Below are positions 58,636 to 64,000 of a DNA stretch of 64,000 nucleotides, one piece after another. The stretch's first letter is position 1; each line of letters opens with the position of its first letter. A model generated the notes under the pieces. It saw only the letters and a program-made list of their open reading frames with translations, did not search any database and had not been told where the DNA came from. Origin of the DNA: a virus (Duplodnaviria; Heunggongvirae; Uroviricota; Caudoviricetes); the IMG/VR virus record IMGVR_UViG_2711768037_000005, positions 1 through 64,000 of that record, one strand, 5' to 3'. The translations under genes and the position numbers were made by a program.

Positions 58636-59277
58636 ATGTCTAGTATTTCCGAAGCACATATGTTCGCCGCTGGCGCTCATGGTGGCGTTGGTCAGAAAAG
58701 AAAATATACCGGCGAAGACTACATCAACCACCCGGTTGCTGTCCGAGATATTGTTGCATTGCATGACGGAACCGTGGAGATGCAGATCGCGGCGCTTCTG
58801 CATGATGTGGTCGAAGACACCAATGTAACCATAGAGATGGTTCGTGATCACTTCGGTGAGCGCGTAGCTGAAATGGTTCAGGCTCTGACCAACATTGCAA
58901 GGTCAGAAGACGGCAATCGAATACAGCGTTTCATCATCAATGTCCGGGAGCTGGAGCAAAATCTCGACATGCAGACGCGCATGATCAAGCTGGCTGACCT
59001 GCTCGACAATACCTCTTCTATTGTGAGTCGCGATCCTGAGTTTTCAGCTATCTACCTTGCAGAGAAAGAGCTGATGCTGGACGTACTTTTTAACGGGAAG
59101 GAGATTGGTGCCAACGCTGATGTTGTCGAGTACATGGAGAGGATAGGTATAGAACACCCGTTGTTATTAAGCGCAAAGGCGAAAGTCACTGAAGGTATTG
59201 CGCTTCTGAAACCGGTACACATCAAACGTTATGAAAAACACAAATCGCTGATCTGGAGCGCGTGGGAGGCTGCATGA
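58636..59277 (+). CDS. HD-domain phosphohydrolase of SpoT/Rel hydrolase type (small alarmone hydrolase), putative
   Basis: GQKRKYTGEDYINHPVAV ... AALLHDVVEDT ... IKLADLLDN aligns with the (p)ppGpp hydrolase HD domain of SpoT. Confidence 0.7.
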   Translation: MSSISEAHMFAAGAHGGVGQKRKYTGEDYINHPVAVRDIVALHDGTVEMQIAALLHDVVEDTNVTIEMVRDHFGERVAEMVQALTNIARSEDGNRIQRFIINVRELEQNLDMQTRMIKLADLLDNTSSIVSRDPEFSAIYLAEKELMLDVLFNGKEIGANADVVEYMERIGIEHPLLLSAKAKVTEGIALLKPVHIKRYEKHKSLIWSAWEAA

Positions 59278-59816
59278 AGGTAGAAAAAATAGATGTTCTT
59301 TCCTTTGTGTTGACAGAGCTGGAGCGTCTCGATCCGGTTCGAGTGATGATTGAAAACTACGAACCTGGTAAGGGAAGAATCACCATCACCTGCTACGGAA
59401 AAGCCTGGACAGCGGCTTGGTTTGCTATGGGCGGTGATGATGTGCAGACGTTCATTAAGCGAGTTAGCAACGACTATCTAATCGACAATTTCGACCCTCA
59501 ACTGCTAAGCACGGTCGACGATGACAACGATGCAAATCTGCTTTTCGTGAAGTCAGAAATCATAAAGTTACGAAGAGAGAGAGAAATCGACGCCGTACAG
59601 GCTCGCGAAATGTGGGACGAGGCGGAAAACGCTGATGACGTAAAAGAAAGCTGCTGTTGTTTCGGCGTCGGTAACAAACTGCTGAATCTCTTTGGTGATG
59701 ATCCGTGGTATGCCGACTGGCCAACTGTACCAAACCCGAAATACCAGTATCTGGAACGCATTGTGAACGCGGTACGTGAAGGGCTGAAAGAGTTAGACAA
59801 GTTAGAGGCATCGTAA
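59262..59816 (+). CDS. hypothetical protein
   Basis: ORF track. Confidence 0.4.
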   Translation: MGGCMKVEKIDVLSFVLTELERLDPVRVMIENYEPGKGRITITCYGKAWTAAWFAMGGDDVQTFIKRVSNDYLIDNFDPQLLSTVDDDNDANLLFVKSEIIKLRREREIDAVQAREMWDEAENADDVKESCCCFGVGNKLLNLFGDDPWYADWPTVPNPKYQYLERIVNAVREGLKELDKLEAS

Positions 59817-60352
59817 TGAGAGAGAAAATCAAGAACCCGGTCGTCGTATTGTATAAACGGGAAACCAGCGATTCTTATGCGGTATCCATCACTGATGGAA
59901 GCCAGAACATGCACGATGGTCTGCTAATGGCCTCCGTATCTCCTGATGATTCGGACTACCCTTTCGCCACTTTCGCTATGGTTGGTTACTACATGGCTGC
60001 CGAAATTGAGAAGTTGCGGGCGCAGAGAGACGCATTAGCGGCGGAGAATGTGGCATTGCGATCTAAGGCTGCGGAACTGGCACATGAAGCGTCAAAAATT
60101 TACTCGGCATATAACGCCACTATCACAGAGCCTGACGGGGATTTTATGGACATGCAGACATTGCATGAAATGCAGTGCATAGAAACCCCAGCCACCGATG
60201 CTTTCCTGGCTGAAATTGAACGCAAAGCAATCCGCAAGTTCATTAACAGCATTGAACACATCCTGCGTGACAAGCTGTCACCGTATGACACCGAAGAGAT
60301 GCTTGAGGCTATGCGTATTTTTCTGGAAGAACAGGGAGGTGAGCAAAAATGA
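59816..60352 (+). CDS. hypothetical protein
   Basis: ORF track. Confidence 0.4.
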   Translation: MREKIKNPVVVLYKRETSDSYAVSITDGSQNMHDGLLMASVSPDDSDYPFATFAMVGYYMAAEIEKLRAQRDALAAENVALRSKAAELAHEASKIYSAYNATITEPDGDFMDMQTLHEMQCIETPATDAFLAEIERKAIRKFINSIEHILRDKLSPYDTEEMLEAMRIFLEEQGGEQK

Positions 60353-60663
60353 CAATCACAAAACAACGGGTAGAAAAAATCATATATCGCCATGAAATGG
60401 GACTGAACAGCGATGTCACTGCCGAAGAGGTTTATGACCTAGCTGTACTGGCGCTGAATTTATCAAATATCGCAAACCTGAAGCGATACGAGCTTGATAT
60501 GGATGGTTGCGACTCGTGCGGTCAGGATTGTGGCGCTGACATGACTGAAGATCCTGATGGTGATTATGTCCTGTTTGATGACGTGGTTAAGTTGTTTGAA
60601 TTTGATACAACCACTCAAAAGTTAGAAAGCCCAGCAAAGGAGTCATCCAGTGAGCAAGATTGA
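60349..60663 (+). CDS. hypothetical protein
   Basis: ORF track. Confidence 0.35.
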   Translation: MTITKQRVEKIIYRHEMGLNSDVTAEEVYDLAVLALNLSNIANLKRYELDMDGCDSCGQDCGADMTEDPDGDYVLFDDVVKLFEFDTTTQKLESPAKESSSEQD

Positions 60664-61165
60664 CTATCAGGCACTGCGTGAGGCGGCAGAGCGTGCAATT
60701 CCGGCAATGGAACGCCTGTTAATGTTGCCAGTTGATGATGAGCTGATAAGCGAACAGGAACTTAAAGATAGCGGTGTTGATATTGATGCGCTCAACGCCT
60801 TCAAATTTCTGGCCGGACCAGAAACCGTGCTGGCGCTACTGGATGAGAGCAACGCATTAGAGGAAACGCGTATCAACGATGTTTGTCGTATTGCAGAACT
60901 AACAAAACAACTGGAGTTGGCAAAATCAAAACTCAACGAGCAGCGTGAGTATTACGAGGGCGTTATCTCGGATGGAAGTAAGCGTATTGCTGAACTGGAA
61001 GCGCGGGAAGTTCAATTACCGACTCGCTACGACCTTCGATATGGACACCCGATAAATGCAGATGAGCGACATGTCATGATACCTAAAGAAAATGGCAGTT
61101 GGCTTTACCTGATTGACCTAGAACACGCATTACGCGTCGCTGGCATTCGCATCAAAGGAGAGTGA
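60650..61165 (+). CDS. hypothetical protein
   Basis: ORF track. Confidence 0.4.
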   Translation: MSKIDYQALREAAERAIPAMERLLMLPVDDELISEQELKDSGVDIDALNAFKFLAGPETVLALLDESNALEETRINDVCRIAELTKQLELAKSKLNEQREYYEGVISDGSKRIAELEAREVQLPTRYDLRYGHPINADERHVMIPKENGSWLYLIDLEHALRVAGIRIKGE

Positions 61166-61166
61166 G

Positions 61167-61490
61167 ATGGCCACATCGCATTATGCAATCACCCAGGAAA
61201 AAGTATTTCGCTTGCTCGAACGTCTGGAGGCGCTCGCCACGGAGGAAGATATATCCCCGGAGATGCTGGTTGAGTGCAGCCGTGTGATATTGCGTCACAA
61301 GAACGACATCGCGCGGCTGACATCTGGCGCACCATCCGTATCAGCCAGTCCAACGCTTTATTGCAGCTTCTGCAACAAATCCCAGCACACCGTTAAAAAG
61401 TTAATTGCCGGGGACAACGTTTTCATCTGCAACGAGTGCGTGAAAGATTGCAACAACATTATCCAGGAAGATCAAAGGGAATCAGCATGA
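61167..61490 (+). CDS. small protein with C-terminal ClpX-type zinc-binding domain
   Basis: [39 protein letters not shown] is nearly colinear with the E. coli ClpX N-terminal zinc-binding domain; no AAA+ module follows. Confidence 0.6.
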   Translation: MATSHYAITQEKVFRLLERLEALATEEDISPEMLVECSRVILRHKNDIARLTSGAPSVSASPTLYCSFCNKSQHTVKKLIAGDNVFICNECVKDCNNIIQEDQRESA

Positions 61491-62041
61491 AATTTTCCAA
61501 ATTTTCTGAGTTGGTGAATCGTATTTTGTCCAACAACCACAGCCATCGTCGCGATATGGATGTAACGATCGTTGTTCATTCGCCTGGTCGCATCGGTTCA
61601 ACACCATCAGTTGAGGTTCAGTCAATTCAGGCGGGTTTTGATTGGGATGCCGGGCAAGTGATGATTTTTCCAGCACAGCCACTGACCACGCTAACACCAG
61701 AGCAGGTTGCTGATATCACTGATAGTGTGCGCAAAGGTCAGTCTTGGCACGCGTATCAGGAATACAAGAAGCATAAAGAGCAGTTGGAAAAATTGTCGAT
61801 GGAGTTGGAAGCCGCTAAACAGCGGGAAAAAGATCTGTTTATGGAAAATGTTCGACTTAAGTCAGGTATAGCCGGTCTGATACACCTCGGTATTCGATAT
61901 GCGGATGTTGAGGTCATGAAAATTGCTGGAGATGCCCAGCTTTCTACTCCATGCACTGACAGCATCATAAACAGCATTGCAGCAGGCATTTTCACCAAAG
62001 AGGGGGGTCAGCACGATGAGAACACTAGAAGTTCGCGCTGA
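61488..62041 (+). CDS. hypothetical protein
   Basis: In-frame ATG within ORF-track 61436..62041; ATGA overlap with upstream stop. Confidence 0.35.
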
Positions 62042-62201
62042 AGACGTAATCCCTGGTGATGTGCTCATAACATCTAAAGGTCAACAATGTGCGGTTAAAT
62101 CTTTTTGGATGGAAGATGACAAAGTGACTCTGTTCGGTACGGATGGTTCCGAAACTGATTATGACTACGACGAATTGCTTGTTGTTGAGAGAGCTGCCTA
62201 A
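62016..62201 (+). CDS. hypothetical small protein
   Basis: Internal ATG of ORF-track 61977..62201. Confidence 0.3.
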   Translation: MRTLEVRAEDVIPGDVLITSKGQQCAVKSFWMEDDKVTLFGTDGSETDYDYDELLVVERAA

Positions 62202-62623
62202 TGACCACCTTAACCAAAGAACAGTTAATCTCCCATGCACGCGAAAGCGTTAGTTATCTGGAAGACTTGAAAGGACGTGTTAGTAAAGAAGGTGCGGACT
62301 GCAAAGTTGTTATTGAGATGGTTGAACGAGATCTAAAACTGGCACGAATTGCACTGGCCTCGCTGGAAGCAAAACCAATAGGTGCTTTCCACATTGCAGA
62401 ACAGCAGGTCGATGGCACAAGTGACTACATCAAGGATGGAGAATGGCCTATTGATAATGGAATTATTGAGGTCTACGCCGCTCCACCCGTTCCAGTAGTA
62501 CCGGAAGAAAAACCAATGCCTAATCCTCTTAGCATGTACGCGGTTGATGCTGTTGCCGCTATTGCAGAGGTGAGAGGCTGGAACGCCTGCCGTGCCGCTA
62601 TGCTTCAGGGAAAAGGAGAGTGA
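62201..62623 (+). CDS. hypothetical protein
   Basis: ORF track. Confidence 0.4.
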   Translation: MTTLTKEQLISHARESVSYLEDLKGRVSKEGADCKVVIEMVERDLKLARIALASLEAKPIGAFHIAEQQVDGTSDYIKDGEWPIDNGIIEVYAAPPVPVVPEEKPMPNPLSMYAVDAVAAIAEVRGWNACRAAMLQGKGE

Positions 62624-62624
62624 T

Positions 62625-63200
62625 ATGACCACTATAACCGATAAGAAACAGTATCCAGGCGAGCAATATCTTAATGAGCTGATCACCAACATAGAGTTTG
62701 CTGCAAGGGCACCAGTTGAAGTCGTGAGAGCAATGGCAGCAGAGCTACAGAAGCGGCGCGAAGCTGATAGTGCCGAACCTGCAAGTAATCATGAAGAGTT
62801 GCCGCTTGATTATCTCCAAGGTCAAAAAGATGGTCTTGAATGGGCTGCGCAGCTTGCAGAAGCAAATCACCCACAAACTGGCGACTGGCTTTACGATGAC
62901 CCGCTGGAGCTGGCTAAAGCTATCAGAAAAGGTCCTGACATGCCCGAATTCGATGGACCAACTCCGGTAACTCCGGATGGCTGGATAAGCTGTAGTGAGC
63001 GAATGCCGAAAAAGAATCAGAACGTACTTATTTCGGTGAATTTCGATAGTGATCTGGTTGAGCCGCTAATATGCTCCGCACGCTATACCGGAAGCACCTT
63101 TCGGCGAGGAGAAGCAACGATTAAGCCGGGCAATGGTGTTGAGCAGGTAACACACTGGATGCCGCTACCAGAACCGCCGCAGGAGTCGAAGAGTGAATAA
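62625..63200 (+). CDS. hypothetical protein with C-terminal W-x-P-L-P-E-P-P motif
   Basis: In-frame ATG 62625 after GGAGAG; C-terminal motif HWMPLPEPP. Confidence 0.35.
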   Translation: MTTITDKKQYPGEQYLNELITNIEFAARAPVEVVRAMAAELQKRREADSAEPASNHEELPLDYLQGQKDGLEWAAQLAEANHPQTGDWLYDDPLELAKAIRKGPDMPEFDGPTPVTPDGWISCSERMPKKNQNVLISVNFDSDLVEPLICSARYTGSTFRRGEATIKPGNGVEQVTHWMPLPEPPQESKSE

Positions 63201-63414
63201 AGCAGAGTTATTTCAGAAAATATCGGCTCTCGCGACTGAATGCCACGCTATAGCATCTGAGCTTGATGTTGGCGATGAACGAACCGAGATGTTCGAAATA
63301 TACAGTGTGCTGCGCAATCTCTGTCGGCGTGGCTACGCCACTCAGGTAGGGCGAATAACTAACCCACTGCTCACCTCCTTTGGTGATGATGACTCGAATG
63401 AGGATGAAGAATGA
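63193..63414 (+). CDS. hypothetical protein
   Basis: ORF track. Confidence 0.3.
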   Translation: MNKAELFQKISALATECHAIASELDVGDERTEMFEIYSVLRNLCRRGYATQVGRITNPLLTSFGDDDSNEDEE

Positions 63415-64000
63415 TGCATAAATCATTAGCCGGTGAGCTTCAGGAGGAAGTAGATAATACTACCGTTCTATTGGACGATATTATAAGCATTCTTGCGCTT
63501 CTTGAGGCTGGCGATTGGTCAGAACATTGCACTAAAACAGAGCTAGGCGGTCGGCTTGAAAGAGAGATTACACGACTTATTGATGATGCGCAGGAAGCTA
63601 CAGTCACTAGTTATGAGTTAATCGCTGAAGCCTGGCGTTTGATGGATGGACAAGATCCTAAAACCAGCGATTGGCATAGCAAGGCTTCGAAGTATTTAAA
63701 TTCCGATAGGGTAGAAAAAGTTGATGATGTGAAACCGAAGCCAGTAGACCACGGTTTCCGCGATAACTGCGAATGCTCTAGTTGCCAGACCACGGCCCGT
63801 ATTTGTTCCGAATTGACAGATAAGTCCAGCCTAATCTACGAAGTTAATGTAGGCGGTAATACATGGGGCGAATGCACAAGAGCTGCATACGTAAGAGCAA
63901 AAGACAAGGGTGAATTAACCAGAGTTGTTACCCATCACCCAAATAATGAGCTTAAAGATCAACAGATTAGAGAACTGGTGAACGAGTTGCGGGATATTGC
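63411..64000 (+). CDS. hypothetical protein, 3'-truncated at window edge
   Basis: ATG 63411 overlapping upstream stop; reading frame open to the end of the window by manual translation. Confidence 0.3.
   Translation, partial: MMHKSLAGELQEEVDNTTVLLDDIISILALLEAGDWSEHCTKTELGGRLEREITRLIDDAQEATVTSYELIAEAWRLMDGQDPKTSDWHSKASKYLNSDRVEKVDDVKPKPVDHGFRDNCECSSCQTTARICSELTDKSSLIYEVNVGGNTWGECTRAAYVRAKDKGELTRVVTHHPNNELKDQQIRELVNELRDI

Overview
This window is almost entirely plus-strand coding and reads as part of a large enterobacterial phage-plasmid-like element (inference from gene content; no database search was possible). It carries plasmid-type maintenance functions: a ParA-like partition ATPase with a small ribbon-helix-helix partner, an iteron-flanked Rep initiator with an AT-rich GATC-dense origin, and a tyrosine recombinase. 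It also carries its own replication and recombination machinery (DnaB-like helicase, primase, ATP-dependent ligase, DnaE-type polymerase, DnaQ-like exonuclease, gp32-like SSB, RecA-like recombinase, flap endonuclease, SbcCD-like nuclease, RuvC-like resolvase, RNase HI) and a nucleotide-metabolism block (NrdA/NrdB, thymidylate synthase, DHFR, a P-loop kinase). Four tRNA genes sit in a structured non-coding island, and a lysis cassette with overlapping spanins opens the window. Calls are by eye from remembered motifs; several start codons differ from the ORF track. I could not identify one clear undescribed system. The best candidates for follow-up are two families of conserved intergenic palindromes (one also sits in front of the only XRE-type regulator), a roughly 500 bp ORF-free structured region upstream of RNase HI, a small protein with a ClpX-type zinc-binding domain, a vWA/AAA+ (CobT/CobS-like) pair, an AT-rich island ending in a large methyltransferase fusion, and an esterase-lectin gene beside the recombinase.
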